DNA of 64,000 bases from Thermoplasmatota archaeon (GTDB lineage Archaea > Thermoplasmatota > Thermoplasmata > UBA10834): the NCBI GenBank assembly GCA_963818745.1, contig CAWFTI010000003.1, positions 565,876 through 629,875 of the forward strand. Direction: 5' to 3'. Under the pieces are notes generated by a model that saw nothing but the letters and a program-made list of their open reading frames with translations, was not told where the DNA came from and did not search any database. A program made the translations under genes and the position numbers. Each line of letters begins with the position of its first letter. Position 1 is the stretch's first letter. Below are positions 42,007-57,394 of this stretch, piece after piece.

Positions 42007-42984
42007 CTAGGCGTTGGACTTCACGACCAGGACCGTGACCTCGAAGTACAGAGTCCTGCCGTATATCTCGCCGTTGTACCCGCTCGTCGTGTCTATCTTG
42101 TGTATCGTGAACGTGCCAGCAGTCGCGTTGAAGGCCGATATCACGAACGACAGGCCGTCCGAGTCGGTCCCCTGTACCTTGTACACGTCCTCGGCCGACA
42201 CATCGTGATTCACGACGATCTTGCCGATCCCGCCGTCAGCGGACGGGTCGTAGGACTCGACCTCGCATGCCCAACCCTGGGGGTCGTCGTAGTCCTTCGG
42301 ATCCCCGAACGGATATACGATCTGTCCCACGGTCGGTATGTGCTTGAAGGTGATGAGGCCGCCGATGTTCTCGACGACCATGACGTCCCACTGCCACATG
42401 TAGTGCTGGACGGTGTCCATGAGGACAGGGTCGGTGTTGAAGAGCGACTTGAAGTCCGTTTCGGAGATCGTCTCAGTGGCGGGTATCTCCTCCTCGAGGG
42501 CGATGTCAGTCATCATCGCGGGGTCTACCGCGTACCCGTCCTCCGGAGCGACCTCGATGATCTTCCTCTCGTTCTGCTTCATGCCTATGACGCCCAGCGC
42601 GAACCCCTTGATGGTCCCGCCGGACTCGCCGTACAGACCGGCGGTCATCTCGAAAGGCACATAGGAGTCGTTCTCGCGCTGCGAGAATGTGAAGGACTTC
42701 GGGTAGAGGACGTTGTCCCAGGCCACGTCGAGAATGCTGGTGTCGAATACCCTGCCGTCGGAGAACATGCCGATGTAGTTCATCGTGACGCTGTCGCCCG
42801 ACGCCACGACCGGGGTCTCCTCGAGAGGACTGCCGCTCGTGTTGTCGTACAGCACGTACCCGACGATGCTGACCGACACGACGATGGCCGCGGCGATCAG
42901 CACGAGTACTATGCTCAGAGGGTCTCTCGGCTCCCTGGGCGCCTTGGGCTCCTTCTTCGGCTCTTCCTGGGGCTCGCTCTCCAT
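42007..42984 (-). CDS. Membrane-anchored FKBP-type peptidyl-prolyl isomerase
   Basis: N-terminal TM, GDSVTMNYIG..DGRVFDTS, IKGF..GVIGM, GRTLYFEV. Confidence 0.85.
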   Translation of the reverse strand: MESEPQEEPKKEPKAPREPRDPLSIVLVLIAAAIVVSVSIVGYVLYDNTSGSPLEETPVVASGDSVTMNYIGMFSDGRVFDTSILDVAWDNVLYPKSFTFSQRENDSYVPFEMTAGLYGESGGTIKGFALGVIGMKQNERKIIEVAPEDGYAVDPAMMTDIALEEEIPATETISETDFKSLFNTDPVLMDTVQHYMWQWDVMVVENIGGLITFKHIPTVGQIVYPFGDPKDYDDPQGWACEVESYDPSADGGIGKIVVNHDVSAEDVYKVQGTDSDGLSFVISAFNATAGTFTIHKIDTTSGYNGEIYGRTLYFEVTVLVVKSNA

Positions 42985-43099
42985 TAGGACTCCTGGAGCG
43001 CGGTTATGGCCTGACCCGATATAAACCTTATCGCACTCACATCAGCGGGGCCAGCGAGAACCAGTCGGGTGCGCGGACCAAGCCGACCCCGCACTGACG

Positions 43100-43376
43100 T
43101 CATCCACCTGACACAGGCGGAAACACGGCCACATCGTCGCCGTCCCTGAGCGGAACCTCGTCCATCGGGACGGCCCCTGTGTTCCTCCCGTTGACGAGCA
43201 CCACCACACGGTCGCGCTCCGAGCCTTTGGCTGCCCAGGGCCGCGGCCATCCCCTTGCCGAACCGAGTCCTCAGGCTCTCCAGCAGCTCGGAGAGCGTCG
43301 ATGCGTCAAGCTCGGTCTCGCTCACGCCAGCGGCCTCTCTCACGGTCGCGAACATCCTCACGCGGACTGTCGCCAT
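43100..43376 (-). CDS. MoaD/ThiS/SAMP ubiquitin-like protein (frameshift near 43230)
   Basis: VRMFATVREAAG N-terminus; C-terminus VAVFPPVSGG-stop in the shifted frame. Confidence 0.85.
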
Positions 43377-43800
43377 GTCTTCGCGGTTCCTATCACGGGC
43401 GAGGTAGATAAACAATGCCCGCGCGGCCGCGCAAGCAGGAAGTGACCGCAGTGCGGGCACTTGTGGCCGATTGGGTCATGCCCCGTGTCCGCACATAGTA
43501 TCGGCTCGGTGATATAGGATGAGGAGACCAAGACCGAACAGGGACCAGCCCTTGCACTTGTACCATCTGCAGTTTGAGCAACGGTTTCGAATCCGGTAGA
43601 GGGCAGGTTCTGTAGCCCGACGGAATGCAGCGCCTTTTGCTTCATTCCGCACGTTTCACACTATTTGACAAGAACATTTATTCAACAATCGACTGTACGT
43701 GACCCCTGCCACGATTTCCGTCCGTCAGACGCGGGCTGCGGTTGCACGGGACAACGGATATCAATGCCCAGGGCGATGAGCACTTGGGCGAGGTGTCGAG

Positions 43801-46257
43801 GTGGTTGACAAGAGGACGGCCAACAGGTCGAAGCGGGAGGCGACGGTCAGGATAAAGGGGATGCACTGCGCCACCTGCACGACGGCTGTCAAGGACTCGC
43901 TCGACGCCCTCGAGGGCGTAGAGGACGCCAGGGTCAACCTGGCGACCGAGAAGGCGACCTTCGTGTACGACCCGAAGCTCGTCTCGATGGGTGCCATCGA
44001 GAGCGCCGTCAGATCGGCGGGGTACGACCTGGCCAAGGACGAGATCACGCTCACGGTAGGCGGGATGCACTGCGCGGTCTGCGCCACCACGATCGCCGAC
44101 TCCTTGAAGGGCGTGCCGGGGGTCTCCGATGCGAGGGTCAACTTCGCGCTCGGGAAGGCGGTAGTCGAATACGACTCCAAGCTCGCCACGCACGCGGACC
44201 TGAAGGAAGCTGTCGAGAACGCCGGGTACAAGGTCCTCGAGGTCGAGGGCGTGATGGCCGAGCAGATCGCGAGGGCGGAGGAGCTCAGGGAAGGCTACAA
44301 GACCCTCGTGCTCGCGGCGGTCCTCAGCGTCCCGATCGCGATCATCACGATGACATACGACCTCTGGCCAGAGGGCATCCTGGGCATGGAAGCGAGGAAC
44401 TGGCTCCTCCTGGTTCTGGCCGCGCCCGTCCAGTTCTACGCGGGGCGGAGGTACTACCGGGGTGCATACAGGGCGCTCTTGAACAGGCGCGCGAACATGG
44501 ACACGCTCGTGGTGCTCGGCACCACCGCGGCGTTCGCCTACAGCCTCGTCGTCATGCTGATGCCCGGTTGGACGGGTTCCATGGAGGTCTACTTCGACAC
44601 CTCGGCCGTGATCATCACGCTGGTCCTGGCGGGGAAGTACCTGGAGCTGAGGTCCAGGGGCGCGACCTCGGAGGCCATCGTCAAGCTGATGAACCTCCAG
44701 CCCCCGAAGGCCATCGCGGTCAGGGACGGCAAGGAGGTGGAGGTCGGCGTCGAGGAGCTGGCCGAGGGGGACATCGTGCTGGTGAACGCCGGCGAGAGGA
44801 TACCGGTGGACGGAGAGGTCGTCTCGGGGGAGTCCGCGGCGGACGAGTCCCTCGTCACGGGCGAGTCCATCCCGAGGGAGAAGGTCGCCGGGTCCCAGGT
44901 CACTGGGGGCACTGTCAACCTCGGAGGAGTCCTCAAGGTCAGGGCGACGAGGGTCGGCAGGAACACGACCCTGGCCCAGATCGTCAAGCTCGTGGAGGAC
45001 GCTCAGAGCACGAAGGCGCCCATCGAGAGGCTCGCGGACACCGTGTCGGGCTACTTCGTGCCCGCGGTGCTCGCGATATCATTGTCGACCCTTCTGTTCT
45101 GGTACTTCATAGGCTCGGGGCTCTGGGACGTGGGGGACGCGCTCACATTCTCCCTGACGACGTTCGTCGCGGTGCTCGTGATCGCGTGCCCATGCGCCCT
45201 GGGGCTCGCGACCCCGACCGCAATCGTTGTCGGGACTGGCAGGGGCGCACAACTGGGCATACTGATCAAGGACGCCGCTGCGCTCGAGACGGCCCACAAG
45301 CTCACGACCGTGCTGTTCGACAAGACGGGGACGCTCACGCAGGGCAAGCCGAGGGTCGTCAGGACCGAGCTGGGCTCGGCCAAGGACGACAGGGAGCTCA
45401 TGCTCTACGCGGGGAGCGCGGAGAAGGGCTCGGAGCATGTGCTCTCGAGCGCGGTGATATCCGCTGCCGCGGAGAAAGGGATCGAGCTCGGCACGCCGGA
45501 GACCTCGCAGGTCGTGCCCGGGGAGGGCGTCTCGGCGGCGGTCCTGGGCAGGGTCGTCGCCGTCGGGAACAGGAGGATGATGCAGCGCATCGGGGCCCCG
45601 CTGGGCGCCCTCGAGGACAGCATGGCCCGGATGGAGGACGACGGGATCACGGTCATGGCGGTCGCATCGGACGGGAAGGTCCTCGGGCTGATCGGCGTCG
45701 CCGACACGCTGAAGCCCATGGCAAAGGACACCATCGGCCAGCTGAAGGCGCTCGGGCTCAAGGTGGTCATGATCACAGGGGACAACGAACGCACCGCGAA
45801 GGCGATCGCCTCTCAGGCGGGAATAGACGAGTTCAGGGCCCAGGTGCTCCCGGCTGACAAGGTGGGCGCGGTCAAGGGATACCAGGACGAGGGCGAGGTG
45901 GTCGCGATGGTCGGGGACGGGATCAACGACGCGCCCGCGCTGGCACAGGCGGACATCGGGATCGCCCTGGGGAGCGGCACGGACATCGCGCTCGAGTCTG
46001 GCAACATCGTGCTCATAGGAGATGATCTGAAGGGGGTGGTCTCCGCGATCAGGCTGAGCAGGCGCACCTTCAGGAAGATCAGGCAGAACCTCTTCTGGGC
46101 GCTGTTCTACAACACGGCATCCATACCCATAGCCGCGGGCGTGCTCTTCCCGCTGACGGGCTGGCTCCTGAGCCCCATGATAGCCGCCGGGGCGATGGCC
46201 TTCAGCTCTGTCTCGGTGGTCACGAACGCGTCCTTGCTCAGGCGGTTCAGGCCGTGA
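43801..46257 (+). CDS. copA: Cu(I)-translocating P1B-type ATPase
   Basis: Two GMHCxxC metal-binding domains, TGES, CPC, DKTGT, GDGINDAP, YN, MAFSS. Confidence 0.95.
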   Translation: MVDKRTANRSKREATVRIKGMHCATCTTAVKDSLDALEGVEDARVNLATEKATFVYDPKLVSMGAIESAVRSAGYDLAKDEITLTVGGMHCAVCATTIADSLKGVPGVSDARVNFALGKAVVEYDSKLATHADLKEAVENAGYKVLEVEGVMAEQIARAEELREGYKTLVLAAVLSVPIAIITMTYDLWPEGILGMEARNWLLLVLAAPVQFYAGRRYYRGAYRALLNRRANMDTLVVLGTTAAFAYSLVVMLMPGWTGSMEVYFDTSAVIITLVLAGKYLELRSRGATSEAIVKLMNLQPPKAIAVRDGKEVEVGVEELAEGDIVLVNAGERIPVDGEVVSGESAADESLVTGESIPREKVAGSQVTGGTVNLGGVLKVRATRVGRNTTLAQIVKLVEDAQSTKAPIERLADTVSGYFVPAVLAISLSTLLFWYFIGSGLWDVGDALTFSLTTFVAVLVIACPCALGLATPTAIVVGTGRGAQLGILIKDAAALETAHKLTTVLFDKTGTLTQGKPRVVRTELGSAKDDRELMLYAGSAEKGSEHVLSSAVISAAAEKGIELGTPETSQVVPGEGVSAAVLGRVVAVGNRRMMQRIGAPLGALEDSMARMEDDGITVMAVASDGKVLGLIGVADTLKPMAKDTIGQLKALGLKVVMITGDNERTAKAIASQAGIDEFRAQVLPADKVGAVKGYQDEGEVVAMVGDGINDAPALAQADIGIALGSGTDIALESGNIVLIGDDLKGVVSAIRLSRRTFRKIRQNLFWALFYNTASIPIAAGVLFPLTGWLLSPMIAAGAMAFSSVSVVTNASLLRRFRP

Positions 46258-46428
46258 CCCCGCTGGCGGTCCCGTGGCGCACCGCCACCCCTTGCAGAAA
46301 AGGTTATGTTCAGGCGGCCCGATAACAAGGCCTGAGTTTGAAGGGATGCGGGAGTCGCGCCCCTCGCGAGGAATTAACATCTCCCGCATGCCGCAGACCC
46401 GTACCTCTACCCCCTAGGATGTGGTCTA

Positions 46429-48664
46429 ATGTTTGGAAAGAAGCTCTTGAAAGGGTTCCTGGTGGAGCCCAGCGGCGGTCTCGTGAAGGAATTCGTCTTC
46501 AGCCCCAAGGCTGAGGTCACATTCGACCAGGTGAAGGCGGCGTTCCAGGGCAAGGGGGACATCGCCGCCCTCGGCGCGTTCGAGGTGGGCAGGTTCGTCG
46601 CATCGATCGCGAGAGGGGAGAAGCTCCATTTCATCGTCGTCGGCAAGGATGTCGCGGAGGAGGAGGACCTCTGGTTCCTGAAGGAGATGCTCAACTCCAT
46701 CGAGAAGTCCTTCGACGCCACCGTGGAGGCGCGCATCAAGAACGCGACCGAGGCCGAGGCGCGGGCGAAGCAGGAGCAGGAGACCGCCAAGAAGGCCGTC
46801 CAGGACCTGCAGACGGAGAAGGACGACCTCGGCCAGGAGGTCTCCGAGCTCGACAAGCTCAGGAACGAGCTCGACAGGCTCAGGAAGGAGACCGAGAGCT
46901 GGCAGGAGGAGCTGAAGGGGTTCGAGACCCAGGTGAACGACAGGCACTCGCAGATCAACGAGCGCGTCACCCTGCTGCTCGAGCGGGAGCAGGCGCTGGT
47001 CAGGAACCAGCAGGCGTTCGAGACGGCCACGGAGGCGAAGCGCGGGCTGGTCAGGAAGCTCCAGGAGGGCGTCGCCGAGCAGGTCAACGAGTACGAGTCC
47101 GGGTTCGCGAAGCTCGTGCATGAGAGGGCCGATCTCGCGGCCAGAGAGATGGACTACTCGTCGAGGGCGCAGAAGCTCGCGGACGACCAGGCCGCGTGGG
47201 CCAATGAGGTCGAGGAGACCAAGGTGCGCATAGCGAGCCTCGACAGGGACCGCGAGGAGCTCAGGGCGGAGAAGAAGAGGCTGGACGACACAGAGGCGTC
47301 GCTGAAGGACCTGGAGTCGCAGCTCCAGGGCCGGCGGAAGGACCTCGACACGTCGATAACCCAGCTGGAGGCCGAGAGGACCTCTTTCACCGACGAGAGC
47401 GAGCGCATCAGGGCAGACTTCGCCGAGATGGAGACCCAGTTCGCCGAGCGCGAGAAGAAGGCCGCCGAAGAGGACCAGGCGCTCAGGGCGAGGAAGGAGG
47501 AGCACGAGAAAGCCGTCGCGGAGCTGAAGCCCCGCAAGGAGCTGCTCGAATCACAGGTGGATGATATCGCGAAGCGCGTCGCGACCCTCGAGGAGAGGGA
47601 GAGAGGGCTCGCGGTGGAGAAGGAGGAGGTCGAGCACAGGCGCGCGGAGATGGACAAGAACGCCGAGGGTCAGCAGGCTGAGCTCGCCTCGCTGCTCGCC
47701 AAGATCGGCAAGGAGAACGAGGAGGTCCAGGCGAAGATGAGGGACCTGGACGCGAGGGACGCCCAGATGAGGGACAAGGAGGCGAAGGCCATCGAGTCCG
47801 AGCAGAGGGTGGAGGCGCTCCTGCGCGACCTCGACAAGCGCGAGAAGGACCTCGGGAAGAGGGAGGGCGCGATACAGGACTCCATCGGCATACAGCAGAA
47901 CGCCGCGCAGTCGATCACCCAGCGCGAATCCTCGTTTGCCGAGAGGGAGAGGGCCGTCCTGGCCAAGGAGGCGGAGGTGGTCGAGCTGAGGACGAGGCTG
48001 GATGCACAGAACGACGAGCTGGCGAAGGCGACGGCAGAGACGGAGGCCGCCAGGGCGGAGCTGTCGCGCAAGGAGGCCGAGCTCGCCGAGGAGAGGAAGG
48101 CGTTCGAGGAGTCCTCGGCCAGTTTCGCCGAGGACAAGGATAAGCTGGAGAGCGGCAAGAAGAGGCTCAAGGAATCACATGCGGACCTGGAGGAGAAGCT
48201 GAAGGCGCTCGACGAGCGCAGCAGGGCCGCCGACGAGGAGGCCTCCAAGGCCATGGCCAAGGTCGAGGAGGAGATGACCAGGCTGGACGCGGAGCGGAAG
48301 CACGTGGCGACCAGGCTCTCGGAGCTGGAGGAGCAAGGAGAAGGCGCTCGCGGACCGCGAGGAGGGCATCGCCAAGGCGCAGTCCGACCTCGCCGGCAAG
48401 GAGACCGCATTCAGGGAGAAGGGCGAGGAGATGGAGAGGCGCAAGGCGTCCCTCGCGGAGGAGTCCGACAAGCTGGCCCTGGAGAGGCAGAAGGTCGAGA
48501 AGACCAAGGAGACCCTCGACAAGCGCAGGCAGGTCATAGGCGAGCAGGTCGACAGCATCTCCGAGATCACGAAGAAGCTCGAGGAGCTCAGGGCGAGGTC
48601 GAAGCGCAGGAGCGAGGAGTCACAGACGGCTCAGGCGCCGCCCGCGGAGCAGCCGAAGCAGTGA
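46429..48664 (+). CDS. Long coiled-coil protein with a small N-terminal alpha/beta head (frameshift near 48335)
   Basis: About 95-aa globular head followed by ~640 aa of E/K/R/A/L-rich heptads; no Walker motifs. Confidence 0.75.
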
Positions 48665-48689
48665 GCCTCACGGTATTTCTGAAGGCGCA

Positions 48690-49424
48690 TCAGGCCAGCC
48701 TGGGCCATCCCCTGCGCAGGCCGGAGGCCACCTGCGAGAATGTCCGCCGGAACAGCGGCTTCGAGAAGGACGCCTGCTCCAGATGCTTCGAGACATATGG
48801 CCTCACGCTCTCGACGACCTCCATGCCTGACTGCTTCTCGTAGCCGAGCAGCATCCGCCTGGCCAGGTCGAACTTGATCGGGATGAAGTAGGGCTCGCTG
48901 CCCAGGATGGAGGTCGCGAGCTGCCCGAGGTCGTCCAACGGCTCTCCCCGGCCGGAGGACTCGAAGTCGAACCCGTACACCTCGCCCTCGCGCATGACGA
49001 AGTTGGAGAGCACGGCGTCGGCCATGATCGTGTCGGAGTCAGAGTCGCTCATGGACTCGTGGAACCGCGCGAGCCACACTCCCAACTTCTCGGCCGCCTC
49101 GAGGCTGAACATGTGGTTTATGAGCAGGTCGCACGGCTCCCCCGAGATGTACTCCATGACGAGGTACCCGTCCTCCATGTGCATCGGGAACGGCACGTTG
49201 AGGTCCTTCCTCTTGCCGCGGATGAGGAACTCGAACTCGTCAGGGGCCTTCCCCGACAGGGACAGCTTCACCACGACGGGCCGCACATCCGTCTCGACGA
49301 TCCATACGCGGTTGTGCCTGCTGGGGACCAGCCGTTCCTTGACGACGACCACGCGCTGGTTGAGGGACTTCTTGATCGCCTCCCAGCCGTGGGCGTCCAT
49401 GAACGTGAGGTCGTAATGCAACAT
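48690..49424 (-). CDS. Protein-kinase-like phosphotransferase (RIO/APH-like)
   Basis: VVVK, LVMEYISG, ADAVLSNF, FDFE, DDLG. Confidence 0.7.
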   Translation of the reverse strand: MLHYDLTFMDAHGWEAIKKSLNQRVVVVKERLVPSRHNRVWIVETDVRPVVVKLSLSGKAPDEFEFLIRGKRKDLNVPFPMHMEDGYLVMEYISGEPCDLLINHMFSLEAAEKLGVWLARFHESMSDSDSDTIMADAVLSNFVMREGEVYGFDFESSGRGEPLDDLGQLATSILGSEPYFIPIKFDLARRMLLGYEKQSGMEVVESVRPYVSKHLEQASFSKPLFRRTFSQVASGLRRGWPRLA

Positions 49425-49484
49425 CTGATACGCTTACCCGCATCCTTTGATATGAACCCTGTGCCCGCCTTCTCAGCAAAAAGA

Positions 49485-50399
49485 CTAGAAGTGGTTGTCG
49501 GAAGCGGTCGGTCCGCCCTTTCCCCAGGAGACCGAGTCCTCCCTCAGGATATCCATGAGCTCCTTCGTGAGCCGCAACGCCTCGTCCGGGTCGTCGGCCT
49601 GCAGGGAGTGCATGGCGCTCTTTATCCTGAGGACGTACTTCGAGATGTCTATCCCGGCGGCCTTCGCGTCGGTCAGGTACTCCCTCGCCTTCGAGAGCTC
49701 GGACCTGACCAGGTCCGGTATGCTGGGAGACATCAGCTCCTCAGTCTGCCGAGCGAGCGCAGAGACCAGGTTCCAATCACCCTCCCTGCACGCTTCCCAC
49801 GCGCTCCCCACGAGCCTGCGGGCCCTAGTGGTGTCCTTGCCCAGGGAGCTCACGTCCGAGATCAGGTGCTCGATCTCCTCGAGAAGCCTAGCCGACCCCG
49901 CGAACCCGTTCAGTGCTTCCTGGTACAGGAGGTCGCGGGACCTCGTTCTGGCCTTCAGGAGCGCGAACAGGTCGAACTTCTCCGGCCTGACGAACTCCTG
50001 CCTCTCGACTGGCTTCTCCGTTGCCGGCGTCTCAGCCGCTTCCTCGGCCGCCGATTCGTCGGCGAGGGGGCCGTCCGCGAAAATCGCACCGCAGAAGGGA
50101 CAATAAGGGTCCGATCCCTTCACGATCATGTCGCACTCGGTGCACTGGAACAGCACACCCTCGTCCTGGGGGGCCGATGCAGCCATGACCAGCTCGGGCG
50201 AGAGCGTCGCCGCCTTCTGCTGCGGGGTCATCCGTCCGGACGGCGCTGGCCCTGTCCCTCCGGAGAGGCCTGGGCCGCCGACGTCCGTGATCCGGAGGGT
50301 CCTCTGGGTGCGCTTGCGGTTCTTCTCCAGTTGGGATTCGTTTTGCCGCGAACCCACGGACCTCGCGTCCGATCTTGACCTCGCATCCGAACTTGACAT
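49485..50399 (-). CDS. Hypothetical protein with a zinc ribbon and helical repeats
   Basis: FQCTECD...CPFCGA; two ~70-aa helical bundle repeats. Confidence 0.7.
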   Translation of the reverse strand: MSSSDARSRSDARSVGSRQNESQLEKNRKRTQRTLRITDVGGPGLSGGTGPAPSGRMTPQQKAATLSPELVMAASAPQDEGVLFQCTECDMIVKGSDPYCPFCGAIFADGPLADESAAEEAAETPATEKPVERQEFVRPEKFDLFALLKARTRSRDLLYQEALNGFAGSARLLEEIEHLISDVSSLGKDTTRARRLVGSAWEACREGDWNLVSALARQTEELMSPSIPDLVRSELSKAREYLTDAKAAGIDISKYVLRIKSAMHSLQADDPDEALRLTKELMDILREDSVSWGKGGPTASDNHF

Positions 50400-50524
50400 C
50401 TGGTTCTCACTCTGCCGGTTTTTCGCTGCGGTAATACTTCTGCATTCTGAGTATTTGAAGCACGTTCCATCGCTATCATCCAGTGCAAGAAATCGTTCGG
50501 GCGGGCTGCGGCTTTGTTGATATA

Positions 50525-54255
<3,731 letters not shown>

Positions 54256-54376
54256 GTGACCTCCTGGAACCCCCTCCAAATCCCCAACAGCAGGAATATA
54301 TGTTTCCATGGATGGCGCCCGCGACAAGCCGAGGGATTTTATGCTACGATTGCATGCGCCCTTCGGGGGTAGCCAA

Positions 54377-55334
54377 GTGAACGTTCAGAAGCCTGCGAAG
54401 CTCAGGAAGAACTCGACCGTCGCCGTGATCTCGCCTTCGAGCAACCCGGACCATGTCGGGATACAGCTGGGGATAGACCTTCTGAAGAAGATGGGGCTCA
54501 AGGTCGTCCTGGGCGACACGACCAGGAAGCTCATGACCGTCAGGACGCTGGCCGCGGACGACGAGATGAGGGCCAAGGACATGAACTGGGCCTTCGAGGA
54601 CGACTCCATCGACGCGGTGCTCTGCGCGACGGGCGGCTACGGGTCGCTCAGGGTGCTCGACCTTCTGGACCTGGATATGATCAAGGACCACCCGAAGATA
54701 TTCCTGGGGTTCAGCGACATAACGGCGTATCACATGGCGTTCAACCAGTTGTGCGGCATGGTCACCTTCCACGGACCCGTGATCGACATCGACCCATCGA
54801 AGGGGCAGGAGGAGATCAGGACGCAGACGGAGGACCTCACGAGATGCATCCGCCAGCTGATGGGCCAGGAGCCGGTCAGGGAGATCATGAACCCCCCTGA
54901 AGGGATGATGCTCATGACCATAGACGAGGGGAAGGCGTCCGGGAGGCTCTGCGGAGGCAACCTTACGCTGGTCACTGGCACCCTCGGGAGCAGGTACGAG
55001 ATCGACACGAAGGACAAGATACTCATGCTGGAGGAGGTCAAGGAGACCTACTACTACATCGAGTTCCACCTGACCCAGCTGCGGCTGACCAGGAAGCTCG
55101 ACCAGGCCAGGGGGATCATCATCGGCGAGATCTCGGACACACTGAAGCCCGAGGGACCGCATCCGAGCGTGGAGGAGATCGTCCGCGAGAGGGTGGGCAG
55201 GAACCCACAAGCCAGCGATATGGGGTCTCTGCTGCGGACACGGCAAGCGCAACATGCTTCTGCCGATGAACGCGAAGGTGGCCCTGGACGCGACCAAGAG
55301 GGAGATAACCGTCCTCGAGTCCGTGTTGGAGTGA
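54377..55334 (+). CDS. LD-carboxypeptidase, peptidase S66 (frameshift near 55215)
   Basis: GGYG, GFSDIT (Ser), GGNL, LEEVKE (Glu), CGH (His, shifted frame). Confidence 0.9.
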
Positions 55335-55431
55335 CGCCGTACCCCACTAATGTTTCTTTTTTCGTGATTGCTGGCTGTGCTTATGCGTCGTCATTTTATA
55401 CCATGAATGATATATCCATACCAACAGAGGT

Positions 55432-56025
55432 ATGATTCACGTGCTGTCGGTCGATTTCCTGAAGATACTGGCCAAGAGGGGAAGGGTCGAGGTGATCCGC
55501 ACTCTGAAGGCATATTCGGACCGGGATTTCACAATCAACGAGCTCGCGAAGGCCGCCAAGATCCCCACGATGACCGTGTGGAGGGCCGTCAAGGACCTGA
55601 AGAAGGTAGGCCTTGTGAGGACCAGGAAGGTCGGGAACGCCACAAGTGTATCCATCACCGATGACAGGGACCGGTTGAGAACCCTGAGGCTGATACCGGA
55701 AACGGACCCTCAGCGAATGGCCGCCCGCCTTTTTGCGGGGAAGCTGGCGGAGAACGGCTGGCTCGAGGAGTGCAAGCTCTTCGGCACCGTCGGCCGCGGG
55801 GAGCATTCGCCCGGAGAGGAGGTCGATGTGGCTGTCGTCTACGACGACAGCAAGGTGACCGAGGCCGATGCGAAGGAGGCGTCCGCTTCGGTCGCTGGCT
55901 CCCTGAAGTCCGAGACCAACGTGACGATCGTGCCCCTCTGCATAGCGCAGAAGGACATGGCTAGGAGGGGAGGGCTCGGCTCCGAGCTCAGGGACAAGGA
56001 ATCGATTTGGAGGCGAAAGATTTGA
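55432..56025 (+). CDS. Winged-HTH plus minimal nucleotidyltransferase-like protein
   Basis: FTINELAKAAKIPTMTVWRAVKDL HTH; LFGTVGRG...EVDVAVV. Confidence 0.75.
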   Translation: MIHVLSVDFLKILAKRGRVEVIRTLKAYSDRDFTINELAKAAKIPTMTVWRAVKDLKKVGLVRTRKVGNATSVSITDDRDRLRTLRLIPETDPQRMAARLFAGKLAENGWLEECKLFGTVGRGEHSPGEEVDVAVVYDDSKVTEADAKEASASVAGSLKSETNVTIVPLCIAQKDMARRGGLGSELRDKESIWRRKI

Positions 56026-56117
56026 GAGAGTCTTCTCCGTGAGCCCGACCCGCGCACACTTGAAATAAGCGGCAGGACATTCGGAACCTGAGACGACTTC
56101 TCGCAGGTGGGTTCGAC

Positions 56118-57387
56118 TTGGAGCTTCCGAGAACCAATCGTGGGTTGTTCCTCCTATCGGTGCCGTTCGTCCTGGCGGCTTCGTCAGTGATTCTGCTCAT
56201 GGACGGGGAGACCGCGGCCGACTTCGTGAACATCGTGGTCCCGATCATGGCGGCCATCGTGGCCTTGCTCGTCGTTCCTGCTCTTCTGGTTCAACAGGAA
56301 GACCCCTTTCAAGAGCCTGGGATTTGTCTTCCTGGTGACTTTCACCCTGTTCGCCCTGGGATGGGCGACATGGACCATCTATACCGAGTATGTTGGAGAG
56401 GTCTCTGGCATCATCATCTCCGACGTTCTGTGGCTCACCGGATATGTGATGATGATCTTCATTTTCGCCCAGGTCATCAGGAAGACCGAGATCGACATCT
56501 CGAAGCGCTTGCTGCTCGCCCTGGCGGTCTATTGGGTGGCGATGATCGCGATCCTGTGGTGGGCCATAGCCCCCACCGTATCGCCTTCGGACCCGCTCCT
56601 CTGGCACAACGTCGCATACAGCCTCTACCCGATATTCGACTCGATCCTCCTGAGCGAGCTGATATTCCTGTTATGGATCCACAGGAAGGGACAGCTGGAG
56701 GATGTCTGGCTCTTCATCTCCACGGCGGTCGTGTTCTGGACCGTGGGGGACGTCATCTACCTGATAGAGGAGGCTTCGGGCAACTACTTCGTCGGCTCGC
56801 TCCCAGACGTGTTCTACCTGTGCAACTACTCCCTGCTGGCGATCGGCTTCGGCCTCATCGTGTCAACGAGGGTGAAATACACATCGATCGTGCCCGTCGC
56901 AGAGACAACGGTGCGCCGAGTCGAGGGCACCACCCTCGCGCCGATGAGGACCTACGTCGTCTACGGAGCAGACTCGAAGGCCGCATACGACATGGTGGTG
57001 AAGAACCTCAACATGGGGCTCGAAGGGCTGATAGTGGCGAGGCGGTCGCCGAACTCGATCAGGAGCGCCTACGGCCTCAAGAAGACGGCCATCGTGTGGC
57101 TCTCGACCACCCCGGGGCTCGAGGTCGTCCACCCGTCGAACCTCGGGATACTCACGGACGCGATAGTCCGGTTCCTCGAGCGCAGCACCAACGCCGTTGT
57201 GCTGATCGACGGCTTCGAGAGCCTGGTCACGTACAACGATTTCAGGAGAGCGCTTCAGGCGGTCGAGCACATCAAGGACACCGCCCTCACGCACAACTCC
57301 AGGCTCGTGCTGGCGATCGACAAGCGCACGCTCGACCCGAAGGAGGTCGCCCTGCTCGAGAAGAACTCGGTGATCGTCGCGGGCTGA
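56118..57387 (+). CDS. Multi-TM sensor fused to a DUF835 domain (frameshift near 56275)
   Basis: About 7 TM helices, then GLIVARRSP, VWLS, PSNL, VLIDGFESLVTYNDF. Confidence 0.82.
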
Positions 57388-57394
57388 GACGCGC

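Noticed and set aside
43358..43645. Small ORF with CPHCGH upstream of the MoaD-like gene
   Set aside because: Single CxxC only, atypical codon use, and overlaps the likely divergent promoter region; unsupported
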